Origin: a virus
Lineage: Duplodnaviria > Caudoviricetes
IMG/VR virus record: IMGVR_UViG_3300028591_000128
Location: 32,001-96,000 of that record
Reading direction: 5' to 3' (one strand)
Length of the DNA stretch: 64,000 bases
Shown here: in pieces, positions 25,184 to 35,265 of the stretch
How positions within the stretch are numbered: position 1 is the first letter of the stretch
Layout of the letters: each line of letters begins with the position of its first letter
Notes under the pieces: model-generated
What the model was told of the DNA's origin: nothing
The model's database searches: none
What the model saw: the letters and a program-made list of their open reading frames with translations, nothing else
Made by a program: the position numbers and the translations under genes

Positions 25184-28009
25184 CTAAATATCAAATCTTT
25201 CCTTCGTTATATTTTTGAAGTAAAATTTTCCATTATGTGTCAAATCCGAATCGTGCCATCCTCCGTATCTGTAACCATATTCAATCCGAATCGGATCATG
25301 TGTAAGAATTGCGGTTGTCAAATCCTGATAGCATAACTTCCACAGGCAGTAGCTGATTCCGTGTTCATTTAATGTGTCAAACATCAGCTGCGCTTCTTCG
25401 TCATCATAATCACCATACCCTGTCCCTTCGGAATTTCCCCATTCTGTTTCAAAGAACGGAATTCCGGCATTGATGATAGGAAGGATGAATTCTTCGACCG
25501 TATTTTCTGCCGTGTAAATATGCCGCGAAATGAATACATTCATATTATTTGTGGTATTATATAAAGTATTCATTGCTGAAGCTCCATCCGTACCGACACC
25601 GCAAATAACGATGGCAGAAGGATCAATTCCGCGAATATAATCAGCACACGCTTTATTTGTGGAAAGCATTCCACTTGATGAATTTGACCACGGTTCATTC
25701 TGAAGTTCCCACAGAAGATTGTCATGTGTCGAAAGATATGTGTCAGCAAAATATTTGAAGAATGCCAGCTGCTGGCTTGCGTACTGCGTAACATCCCCAT
25801 CCGTCAAGAGCGTATGCCAATCAATGATAATATAAAGCCCCTGATTCGTTGCATTCTTGATCAGTTTATCCGCTATTGCTTTTAATTCGTCTGAATGGTT
25901 AAGCCATCCGTGACCGTTCCTTCTGTTTGATCCGCTTGGAATAAAATCATTCAGATAAAATGTCATTCTTATGCAATTACACCCACGATACACAAGGGTT
26001 TTGAAAACGTCCGTTGTATAAAGATTCTGGTATTCATTCATAAAATGTGTACCGAATCCGGAAAGAACAATCGGGCTATTCTGTGCATCAAGAATCTGGT
26101 TGCCTGATTTGTGAATTTTCCCACGCTTCAGATATGTATCTTTGTATGGATCAATTTCTGCCGCTTCCAAAACATCAGCCAACTGCGAAAGACCATCTTC
26201 TGCCCTGATCTTCAAAATGGAATTAGCGTATGTCTTCTGATTGATCGTTGTCATTCCAGAAACCAACACACTGTTTGGAATCTCCGGAATATCTTCTTCG
26301 GTGATGTCAACTGTCCCCGCTGTGTCATAATGACCACCGACAAACACGATTCGCACGAATCCGTCTGCAACTGAAGTCCATTCTGTTAAATACTGCGGCG
26401 GCTGTTCCTTGTTGTAACTTCTATATTTGAAGGTCTTCACATTATCATATGAAAATACATCCATATAATAGCTTGATTTAATGGTTGTTCCAACTTTTAC
26501 TGGAATATATCCAGAAACTGCCTTTGTTGATGATGCAATATATTCACCAGTTGATGTGTTAAGTTCTCCAAACTCAATAGATGTATTGTCCATGATTTGT
26601 GAAAATCTTTCACCAGTAAGCATCGAAGACGGTGCTTTGTTTTGCTTTGTAAAAGTTCCGTCCAGAATATAACTATCCGGCTTATAATAGAAATTGATAC
26701 TATCGGCAACGCTAATATCCGAATCATCTGTCTTTGCAAGTGCAAATCTGAAATAATCGGTTTCTCCGAATTCATAAAGAAATTCTGTCAAATTAACTTC
26801 GCCAGTTATCCACGGATCACTTGATACAAACCCCCTGACATCCGGCTTGAAATAATCGACAGTTCTGGCCGTTCCGTCCTGACGATAACAAGTTATAAGA
26901 AACTTGTATCCCGGTTTGCATCCTACACAGGCATATTTTGCCGGTGTTTTTGTTCTAATTCGTGTAGATGATGCGGCGGAATTTGATCCGTTCGGGTTTA
27001 TTCCGCCATATGCCCATGACGATTCGTTGATTTTAAGTGTATTTATTCCGATTGTTTTCTGATTGAATTCAAGATCATTTATTTTTGATTCGGTTGTTGT
27101 AAGTTCTGCAACAGAAAGAGCTGATCCAGCTGTCGGACTGATTGCAGAATCATCAGAATTCGCAAGTAAAAATTCATAGTAATAATCAGGATTCACCATG
27201 ATTTCTATTCCGTCAGTAAGCCATGATGACGAATATCTGCCGATGAATGTTGATGCACTAATTACATTTGACGAATAATAATAAACCATGTATTTCTTTC
27301 CAGCTGATACAGAAAGTTTAATTATTTCTCCGTCTATCGTTCGCGGAAGAATCGTTCTGATCCTGGTTGTTGATGATAATTTTGCACCAGTTCCGTCAAG
27401 TGAACCAGATTCCCAGTTGAAAGATAATGGGTATTCGCCAGACATAACTGCATTATAAAGACTTGCATCTACCTTTGTAATCATTTCTTCCGGCGAATCA
27501 TACTCTACCCCATCAAATCCTGTTTTCATGTCGTTGACTTGACTATCAATCGCTCTTACTGCATCTCCGGCAGTAGGGTAAGTATGTCCAGTGGAATCAA
27601 CACGAATGTTGGTTAGTTCTGCATCCCCAGTGGTAGATCCGTCAGTTAGTGCAGTAAAAGTATCTATCTGACCTTGTAAGGAATTGATACTGTTGTTCAA
27701 GTCTGTTTGATTGGATAATGTTCCATTGATCTGTCCCCAAGTAGACCCACGCCTATCAGTAAGGCGTGAGTCATTTCCCATAACCACTTGTGTAGCAGAT
27801 GCATCACCGCTTGATGCAACATCTTTAGGCGATGCTGTACCAAGGGTTGGTTTGTTTGTTAAATCGTTGTAATCTCCGCTGAAGTTGTTAAGTCCTTCTA
27901 CTGCGTTATCCATTTCGGAGATTGTGTATGTATCAGATGTTCCATTTTTCTCACGAATCATATTTGCGAGATTCTGGATATCACCTTCTTCGTAAAGTTT
28001 CATGCTCAT
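25184..28009 (-). CDS. Tail fibre/spike-like protein with a C-terminal GH5 glycoside hydrolase domain
   Basis: FSGDYNDLTNKP and DAELTNIRV...YPTAGDAVR fibre motifs; GH5 motifs IIDWH, WELQNEP (acid/base Glu), HIY, FETEWG (nucleophile Glu). Confidence 0.8.
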   Translation of the reverse strand: MSMKLYEEGDIQNLANMIREKNGTSDTYTISEMDNAVEGLNNFSGDYNDLTNKPTLGTASPKDVASSGDASATQVVMGNDSRLTDRRGSTWGQINGTLSNQTDLNNSINSLQGQIDTFTALTDGSTTGDAELTNIRVDSTGHTYPTAGDAVRAIDSQVNDMKTGFDGVEYDSPEEMITKVDASLYNAVMSGEYPLSFNWESGSLDGTGAKLSSTTRIRTILPRTIDGEIIKLSVSAGKKYMVYYYSSNVISASTFIGRYSSSWLTDGIEIMVNPDYYYEFLLANSDDSAISPTAGSALSVAELTTTESKINDLEFNQKTIGINTLKINESSWAYGGINPNGSNSAASSTRIRTKTPAKYACVGCKPGYKFLITCYRQDGTARTVDYFKPDVRGFVSSDPWITGEVNLTEFLYEFGETDYFRFALAKTDDSDISVADSINFYYKPDSYILDGTFTKQNKAPSSMLTGERFSQIMDNTSIEFGELNTSTGEYIASSTKAVSGYIPVKVGTTIKSSYYMDVFSYDNVKTFKYRSYNKEQPPQYLTEWTSVADGFVRIVFVGGHYDTAGTVDITEEDIPEIPNSVLVSGMTTINQKTYANSILKIRAEDGLSQLADVLEAAEIDPYKDTYLKRGKIHKSGNQILDAQNSPIVLSGFGTHFMNEYQNLYTTDVFKTLVYRGCNCIRMTFYLNDFIPSGSNRRNGHGWLNHSDELKAIADKLIKNATNQGLYIIIDWHTLLTDGDVTQYASQQLAFFKYFADTYLSTHDNLLWELQNEPWSNSSSGMLSTNKACADYIRGIDPSAIVICGVGTDGASAMNTLYNTTNNMNVFISRHIYTAENTVEEFILPIINAGIPFFETEWGNSEGTGYGDYDDEEAQLMFDTLNEHGISYCLWKLCYQDLTTAILTHDPIRIEYGYRYGGWHDSDLTHNGKFYFKNITKERFDI

Positions 28010-28031
28010 TGTTCAACATTACTCCCTTCTT

Positions 28032-30449
28032 TTAGTACTGTATGTTTTGTCCGACTGGTAAACTAGCAGCAACCCATTTACCATTAACAACTGTTAATAC
28101 TTTTCCATCATCTAAATCTGATACTTCTGGAAGTTCAACTGCGCTTTCAATGAGGTCAACAATCGGCTGAAACTCCTCTGTGATATACTCCACCTCCATA
28201 TCTCCCGTACTGCTCTCTATGTGGGTGTAGCCGGAGAGAGATTTGATTGGGAGGTTGGTTTGGGTGATGGTTTCAGTGGTGGGAGTGGTGAGCAATCCAC
28301 ATATTTCCAAGTTGTTATTTGATAAATAATTAGTAAAATCAGAAAGACTTGAAGCACTCGGAAATCCTACATATAATCGGTTATTTACATAAGCAAAAGA
28401 TGGGCCTCTTCCAGCGTATGCACTTTCATTGTCCGCAACAAGATAATTGGAAAATCCATTATCAAGTGTTTGCCCCCAAATTGAAGCAAACCCTAAATTA
28501 CCGTCTAATATAAAACATGTCGGTCTATCTACTGAGGCTTGTTGCCAGTTTTCTGTGCCATCAAATACAACCTTTTTCCACTCTGTTGTCACTTCCCCAT
28601 TCACCACATCCTCACTCCCTCGATAGATAGCAGAGGGGTAGGTGGTGGTGTGGGTGGTGGAGGTGTAGGGTTCGTATGTGGTTGGTACAGAACCCTTTTC
28701 AATTTGCCAATCATAATCAAGTGGGTCATTTCTGACCGGATTATATCGACTTGCCACCGTCACATATCCATCAATCGACTCACACGTTATAGGTGTTGAA
28801 TTGATAACTCCATTGGTGGCTGATGATGCACCACTATCTACATTTCCCGGCAAGAAGAAAATATCTCTATAATTTTCCTGTCCTCCGCCTGTTGGAGGGC
28901 AATTAGTTGACATGGTAAATGTTCCCTCACCAACAAACATAGGCTTATATGTGAGAGTGCCTGTGTGGTTGAAATCATTTTTATCACAGAGGTTCTTCCC
29001 CCTCACCTCAATCTCCCCCTCCGTATATCCGCTTATGGGGCAGATGTTGGAGTAGGGGGTGAAGGTGGGGTCGGATTCTGTAGAGAGACGAATCATGGGC
29101 TTGAATAAAAGGTTGTTCGCCGTGTAACCGTTACGGATAGTAATATATGCCGAGCTGATATTTGCGGTTGGGGTAGTTTCTGATATGAGTCTCCAATCAT
29201 TTGCATTATATGCGTTTATAAATATATCCGTTACATCGGAATATACCTGTAATGCAAATGTGGTTTCAGAACCTCCGTTTATACCACCATTTACAACATA
29301 AGTTCCATCAAATGTGCCTAACGATGTAATATTCGCAACAAGGAAATAAGTAACCGCATTTGCCGTACCATTTACTTTTATACCCGTAACATTATCATCA
29401 CCATCCGTTTCTAACGTAAAAGTTACTCCATTCCGAGTGTAGACATTTCCACTCCAAGTACCACCAGTATTGATTGCCTTTATCCCGTCAACCGTCATAG
29501 GGAGTTTATTCTTTCCACTACCACCTACCCACGGCTTATCATATCCATGCAAGTCCTGATTTCCTTGGATGGCGGTTACGCACTTTACCAAAGGTGCGTC
29601 TGCTCCATCGGTTATCTCGATAGGATTTCCGCTTGCGGTCTTGGTTACGGATGCTTTATCTTCTATTTCCTCTGTAATCTTATTACTACTCCATGTAGTA
29701 TCTGTATCTGTTGCGGTATCATCAATTATATTATCAATCTTATCAGTTATTGATTCACCATTGATCTCTACATCCTGTGCAGTTACTACACCTTCTTTAG
29801 ATACTTTGAAAGTTGCATCAGAATAATCATCTTGTGATCCACCACCTGCAAACAAGTATCCGGAATTCGGTTCAGCTATTTCTGAAAACTTTCCATCATC
29901 TACATATACTTGTGCAGAATCTAACATATATCTTGCGGCATCTTCAAGAGACAGAGTTTTATCCGGAATTACAGAAATTCCAGTAGCAGGACTTCCCCAA
30001 TAGGCATAAGTACCGCCACAGTAATACCATGTTGTACCATTATAATCAAAACTATATGCTGTGTTATTCCATGAGAAATATGTTGAATCTGCTTCTGTAG
30101 ATACCAATACAATAGCATGATTCTGACCATCACCTGGTGTACCAATTACTCCACCAAATGCAGGCTTCGCATTCGTCTTAGTGTATGTTCGATCCCCTAA
30201 TGAGAACTCAGCCGCAGTATCAAAATAATATGTTTTATTCTCACATCCCCAACCGAGTTCGTTTACATCATAATTTGCATAAACTTTTACACCATCTTCG
30301 GATATATCAATGTTGTCCGGTGGTGTAATATCATCAACTCTCTGTGTAAGTGAAGTTAAATCCGTTCTTCCTTTCTTATCAACAAGTTCAATTTCATCTT
30401 GTATTCCAAACTCTTGTAGATTTAATTTACTTGCAGGTCTTGTAGCCAT
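28032..30449 (-). CDS. Tail fibre / receptor-binding protein
   Basis: TWSSNKI, GKNKL/GKNLC, QIEKGSVPTTYEPY, LPEVSDLDDGKVLTVVNGKW motifs typical of Firmicute phage fibres. Confidence 0.75.
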   Translation of the reverse strand: MATRPASKLNLQEFGIQDEIELVDKKGRTDLTSLTQRVDDITPPDNIDISEDGVKVYANYDVNELGWGCENKTYYFDTAAEFSLGDRTYTKTNAKPAFGGVIGTPGDGQNHAIVLVSTEADSTYFSWNNTAYSFDYNGTTWYYCGGTYAYWGSPATGISVIPDKTLSLEDAARYMLDSAQVYVDDGKFSEIAEPNSGYLFAGGGSQDDYSDATFKVSKEGVVTAQDVEINGESITDKIDNIIDDTATDTDTTWSSNKITEEIEDKASVTKTASGNPIEITDGADAPLVKCVTAIQGNQDLHGYDKPWVGGSGKNKLPMTVDGIKAINTGGTWSGNVYTRNGVTFTLETDGDDNVTGIKVNGTANAVTYFLVANITSLGTFDGTYVVNGGINGGSETTFALQVYSDVTDIFINAYNANDWRLISETTPTANISSAYITIRNGYTANNLLFKPMIRLSTESDPTFTPYSNICPISGYTEGEIEVRGKNLCDKNDFNHTGTLTYKPMFVGEGTFTMSTNCPPTGGGQENYRDIFFLPGNVDSGASSATNGVINSTPITCESIDGYVTVASRYNPVRNDPLDYDWQIEKGSVPTTYEPYTSTTHTTTYPSAIYRGSEDVVNGEVTTEWKKVVFDGTENWQQASVDRPTCFILDGNLGFASIWGQTLDNGFSNYLVADNESAYAGRGPSFAYVNNRLYVGFPSASSLSDFTNYLSNNNLEICGLLTTPTTETITQTNLPIKSLSGYTHIESSTGDMEVEYITEEFQPIVDLIESAVELPEVSDLDDGKVLTVVNGKWVAASLPVGQNIQY

Positions 30450-30465
30450 TTGTCAAGCCCTCCTA

Positions 30466-31176
30466 TTATTCAACAGTTATAGTCTTTTCTGATTTTGTAA
30501 GTGTTGTATCTACACTACCGGATGGTGTTCCTGTTACACTTACATTTCCACTTGTACCTGTAAATGTAGGTTGTGTTGATACACCATCTGCAACAGTTAC
30601 AGCCTCATAAGTCGGAAGTGTTCCGGCATGGAATACTAACACATCATCTACAAGTTCAGCGGTAGGAAGTGTCCCGGCATTAGTCATACTATTTATGGAA
30701 TCTGTAGATAATACTACATCACTTATAGTTCCATCTGGTGTAAATGTACCTGTGGAAGTTAGGGCATCTCCTGTAAATGTACTGGATGCATCTGTGACAT
30801 AATCATCAACTGTGCCAGATGCACTATCCTTAAATGCAAGAAGTCCTAAACCGGATACATCGCCAAGTGCTTGCCATACTTCCCCATCATAGATAAACTC
30901 ATCATGATTGTAAGATGCCATATCTCCACGAACTGCGGTTACAGATTTACCATCAACTTGAATAGGATTAGTAGTTGCACCATCAGAAAGTGGAGTAGTT
31001 GTTACACCAATCCACTTTACGGCTTTCTCTCCACCACCGCCACCACCTTGTTCAAGGAGTTCCATCAATAATTCCTCAACCCGTGTTTGAGGTGGTTGTA
31101 ATTCATTACTTGCACCAAGCATATTTTCAAGTATTGCTTCAACTCGATTCTGTGGATTACCTAAATCTCTTGTCAT
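30466..31176 (-). CDS. Minor tail/fibre protein
   Basis: PQNRVE repeats, GLGLLAFKDSASG, TFTG/TPSG repeats. Confidence 0.65.
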   Translation of the reverse strand: MTRDLGNPQNRVEAILENMLGASNELQPPQTRVEELLMELLEQGGGGGGEKAVKWIGVTTTPLSDGATTNPIQVDGKSVTAVRGDMASYNHDEFIYDGEVWQALGDVSGLGLLAFKDSASGTVDDYVTDASSTFTGDALTSTGTFTPDGTISDVVLSTDSINSMTNAGTLPTAELVDDVLVFHAGTLPTYEAVTVADGVSTQPTFTGTSGNVSVTGTPSGSVDTTLTKSEKTITVE

Positions 31177-31290
31177 AATTTGTTACCTCACGAATCATTC
31201 TATTATATAACTATAAAAGGTTTGATAGTACAAAGAAAGGGCGAATCTTAGGTTAGTAAGATCCACCCATGTGCTAGTTTACTTAGGAAA

Positions 31291-33825
31291 CTATTCAGTA
31301 TCAGAATCCGAATCAGAATCCGTATCGGAATCAGGTTCATACTCATTGAAGAATACACCGTAATCAATTCGCATGAACTGTCCGGATGTTTTTGTAAATG
31401 GTTGTGAAGGTGTCCAAACAGTTGCAAGATAATTTTGCATACGCATTACAGTTATAGTACAATCTACGGTAGTTGAATTTGATACTACAATATAGGAAAT
31501 CATCGGCTTATCATTAGATTTACATACTGTAGAAGTTGTTGCAGGTCCATATGTCATATTTACAGGGGAAATAGTGTTAGAATCAAAGTTGAATACACTT
31601 GTATTGTTACCATAACCATTACACAGTAACATTCTTCCAGAACCCAAGGATCTACTTGTCAGTTCCCAACCAAATGTGTTTGTGCATTCTTGGAAATTTC
31701 CCCAAGTACCATTTGTACGTTTCATTGAATAGATTATGTCAGTTTCACGAAGTTCCGAGTAAACATATCCATAGTACCCATTTATCCAAGCAACTGTGTC
31801 CTTATCAATCCAAATAGCTTCACGCATAGTATACATCGTACGAGTTCCAGAATATAAATTAGGTATGATAGATTCTGTGCATGTACCGGCTACGGGATCA
31901 ATTTCCCACATCTTCTGATCATAACCATTACCCCACTCTGTACCACCTTGATTAGCACTTAAGCATATTAAAGTTGTACCATTATCTTGAATGAGTCTGT
32001 TACTTACCGTTATTCCTTGCGTATAACCACTATATGTAAGATTTGTCTTCAGATCCGCAGGCATAGTCAGTTCCACAGGTTCTTGCATTTCTTGACATGT
32101 AGATGTAGTCCCCTTAAGATTCAATTCTGTCAATGGCAACCTGTATTTATGGATAATTATTTTATCATTAGTAGTATCAAACACAACGCCATATACGGAT
32201 GAATCAGATATACTGAGCCTACACGGAACACCTATAATAGTGTAAGGAGTTGAACTACCATATGCATTAGTTAATTCAGCAGATGAAGGTTTACGAACAT
32301 TACTTATGGCGTTTCCCATACCTGCCCAACCCCAGTTACGGGATGTTAAAGATATTGCCGCAATAGTCCCATTTCCTTGACTTAATCCCCACTCCCAAAC
32401 GAAATGGTAAGAACCGTCATCTTTCCAACCGCTTCCATCTGTACCTTCAGCAACCCAATTACCCATTTCTGATGGATCACCAGTTGTGCTACCATTTGAT
32501 ACATCATAAGCAGCATTAGCAACCATCGATGTACTAGATGGTGGAAGTACAGTAGATGCGGATGGAGTTACAGTAGAATCAAATGCAAGCATGCCACCTA
32601 ATAGTTGTTTAACTAGATTATTTCGATCAGTGTTATCACTATTCATAAATCCGCAGTTTGTAAAGAACTCTGCAAGACCATTGGTTTGCATATTATCTGA
32701 TTCAATTACCGTCTCCTGTTGCGTAGCATCATCTGTTAATGTTACTTTTACATGACCTGTAAAACTTAAAGGAGATGGACTTGTAGATAATTGTGTATTT
32801 GCAATATGCTCAAGTGCTTGAACAATAGTTCCACCAGAACCACTTGGAAATTCCATCCATTGTCCGAGGATCTTCCCATATACAACAGATATACCATTTG
32901 AACCGTATTGCAGATAGATATCACCATCATTACCAAGTGACACTGTAGGTTCAGTAGTACCTTGATAAGTATGTGCTCCACCTGAACTGTCTTTAATCGC
33001 TTTAAGTTGTGATGCAATATCTGTTTTCACCCAACTATTAGCATCCCAAGCCCCTGTAGTGTTATCATATCTGCATACGTAATATTCGTTCTGATAAACT
33101 ACATATTCACCAGCAGAATACGTCCTACTTGGAACATAATCTTGTCCTACAATAGACTTTCTTGTATTTAATTCTGTGATAATTCCTTCGGCAGTAACAA
33201 GTCTTGCATTTATTGCGGTCACATTGGATGACAATGTACTAAGGTCAGATGCTACCGAAGATATAGCAGTTCTCAGATCCTGAATCAACGAAGAAATGGA
33301 CTTGACTTCAAATGCATATGACACACTAGACCATGTACCAGATATGTTATTTAAAGTACATCTATACAGTATGTTGTCATGTATAACTAAATCACCTTCA
33401 TTGTAAGTATGATTTTCAATGAAGTTTTCCCCAATGTCTTCAATTAATATTTCTACAATATTATTTAATCCGGATATCTGAGTTGTATGTGTATCTACAA
33501 CAACACTTATATCGTGTGTTTTAGTATCAATGTACCATACAACTGGAATTTCATCCCAATCATGGGAATCAAATGTTCCTGATGTTGGAGATGTAGCAAT
33601 GTAGAAATTGTCACTGAATGTACATGTATCTCCGGTATCATATGAAGAATTAGGATCATATGGTGGAGCAATAACTGATTGTGATATTCCAGAGGATGGT
33701 CCGCCTCCACCACCAATATCAGATACTTTTATTCGTCTAGTGCCACTATTAGCATTATCTATCAACAAGTAATCGTTATCTTGATATGTAGTTGTTGATG
33801 GATATTGGTTAATTCTAGTACCCAT
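31291..33825 (-). CDS. Tail fibre-like protein with three CBM5/12-like aromatic repeats
   Basis: YDPNSSYDTGDTC, FIENHTYNEGDLVIHDNILYRC, YVPSRTYSAGEYVVYQNEYYVC; GNDGDIYLQ motif. Confidence 0.65.
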   Translation of the reverse strand: MGTRINQYPSTTTYQDNDYLLIDNANSGTRRIKVSDIGGGGGPSSGISQSVIAPPYDPNSSYDTGDTCTFSDNFYIATSPTSGTFDSHDWDEIPVVWYIDTKTHDISVVVDTHTTQISGLNNIVEILIEDIGENFIENHTYNEGDLVIHDNILYRCTLNNISGTWSSVSYAFEVKSISSLIQDLRTAISSVASDLSTLSSNVTAINARLVTAEGIITELNTRKSIVGQDYVPSRTYSAGEYVVYQNEYYVCRYDNTTGAWDANSWVKTDIASQLKAIKDSSGGAHTYQGTTEPTVSLGNDGDIYLQYGSNGISVVYGKILGQWMEFPSGSGGTIVQALEHIANTQLSTSPSPLSFTGHVKVTLTDDATQQETVIESDNMQTNGLAEFFTNCGFMNSDNTDRNNLVKQLLGGMLAFDSTVTPSASTVLPPSSTSMVANAAYDVSNGSTTGDPSEMGNWVAEGTDGSGWKDDGSYHFVWEWGLSQGNGTIAAISLTSRNWGWAGMGNAISNVRKPSSAELTNAYGSSTPYTIIGVPCRLSISDSSVYGVVFDTTNDKIIIHKYRLPLTELNLKGTTSTCQEMQEPVELTMPADLKTNLTYSGYTQGITVSNRLIQDNGTTLICLSANQGGTEWGNGYDQKMWEIDPVAGTCTESIIPNLYSGTRTMYTMREAIWIDKDTVAWINGYYGYVYSELRETDIIYSMKRTNGTWGNFQECTNTFGWELTSRSLGSGRMLLCNGYGNNTSVFNFDSNTISPVNMTYGPATTSTVCKSNDKPMISYIVVSNSTTVDCTITVMRMQNYLATVWTPSQPFTKTSGQFMRIDYGVFFNEYEPDSDTDSDSDSDTE

Positions 33826-33839
33826 TTGCGTCCTCCATT

Positions 33840-35255
33840 CTATTTGTCATCTGTACGAATGTATGAATTATCCGCATCAAGTATTACATCATTGTTCCTA
33901 TCTAAGATGGCATCTTCAGGTTCATGTATGCTTGGTACTTCATCATTCATATGTAAATCACCTACTGCAAATTCACCATTTCTCATAACAGGTCGGATCT
34001 GACTATCGTTGATATTTTCATCAGATAATTGATAAAATCCATCATGATTATATGCAGTAGCAAATCTATTATTTGCAGTATCATCTAAGGATAAAGCATC
34101 CCCTACTACACGCATTATAGGATTAATAGCAGGTCTTGGAGATATTACTTTATAAGAACGATCATCATCAATAGTGTAAACATCATCTCCAAGTTGTTTT
34201 TCTCTTGCTTTATCATATCGCAAATTCCAAGGTGCATATCTTCCACCTGGGTCATTTTCAGTAGCTACATCGGGAAGTACATAATCATCAGGGAATGATA
34301 CTGTAACATCTTGTGGGCTCCAACCAAGTCCAAAGAATGGTTCACCATCGCCATCTGGAATGAGTGATTTCATAATATGTTCATTGTTGCATAATTGTAA
34401 AGAGTACAATGCACGATATCCTGGATTGAATCTGCGTGTTTTAGCTTGTACTTCAGGAGTATCAGCATAACCTTCGTAATCTGCATTTCTATACCATGCG
34501 TTTCTTCGACTATCAGATAAATCAGTAGGTTTCACCATAGATTTAGGATGAGCTGGATTCAAATCGGATTCTTGTAATCTCTGCATCCTCGCATAATCTG
34601 TTCTACTATAATGTCCAACATGTGTAGGTCCAATATCCATTTGAACATCTTCAATGTTAGTTAATCTTGCATCAATGGATAACTTGGTTCTAGCATCCAT
34701 TCTGACACCGGCATTCTGGAAACAATACATACCTAAAGGTCTTACGTATTCAATACAAGCATCTGTGGGAACTCTATCAGAGAAATATACTACATCAATA
34801 TATCCTTCGGAGGTATGTGGAGTTACTACTACTGAATTCACAGGTATAGATGTGTCTTCTAATCTGTCATACAATATATCTTTAGGTGGTACAACTTCAC
34901 CTTCACGATTCACATAACCCGTTCCTGCAATCAAATCTATATCAAATTGTTTTAGATTTGCTTCTGCTGCAAGTGTAACACCATCTTTACTACCACGATT
35001 ACGAATCATTGACATGAAATACACAAGTACAAATCGGTTGAAGGATGTAGGTAATCTATCATCATATTTGTAACCCATTGTATCAGCAAGCATCCAAAGC
35101 AGATGTGCAGGGCATTTCAATGGATCATATAAGTCGTAGAAATGTTCGGTGTCATAATGAATTTTAGTTAGAGCATTTTCAAACCAATCCAGAAAGAATC
35201 GGAAATCTTGACTATCTGTATACACATCTGGAACGGATACATCACGGATATTCAT
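33840..35255 (-). CDS. Baseplate wedge protein (P2 gpI / T4 gp7-like)
   Basis: DPLKCPAHLLWMLADTMG...RGSKDGV pattern; follows the gp6-like gene. Confidence 0.65.
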   Translation of the reverse strand: MNIRDVSVPDVYTDSQDFRFFLDWFENALTKIHYDTEHFYDLYDPLKCPAHLLWMLADTMGYKYDDRLPTSFNRFVLVYFMSMIRNRGSKDGVTLAAEANLKQFDIDLIAGTGYVNREGEVVPPKDILYDRLEDTSIPVNSVVVTPHTSEGYIDVVYFSDRVPTDACIEYVRPLGMYCFQNAGVRMDARTKLSIDARLTNIEDVQMDIGPTHVGHYSRTDYARMQRLQESDLNPAHPKSMVKPTDLSDSRRNAWYRNADYEGYADTPEVQAKTRRFNPGYRALYSLQLCNNEHIMKSLIPDGDGEPFFGLGWSPQDVTVSFPDDYVLPDVATENDPGGRYAPWNLRYDKAREKQLGDDVYTIDDDRSYKVISPRPAINPIMRVVGDALSLDDTANNRFATAYNHDGFYQLSDENINDSQIRPVMRNGEFAVGDLHMNDEVPSIHEPEDAILDRNNDVILDADNSYIRTDDK

Positions 35256-35265
35256 TAAGTATCAC

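Noticed and set aside
15327-33825. Diversity-generating retroelement or shufflon acting on fibre genes
   Set aside because: No reverse transcriptase, template/variable repeat pair or repeated crossover sites were seen in this window.
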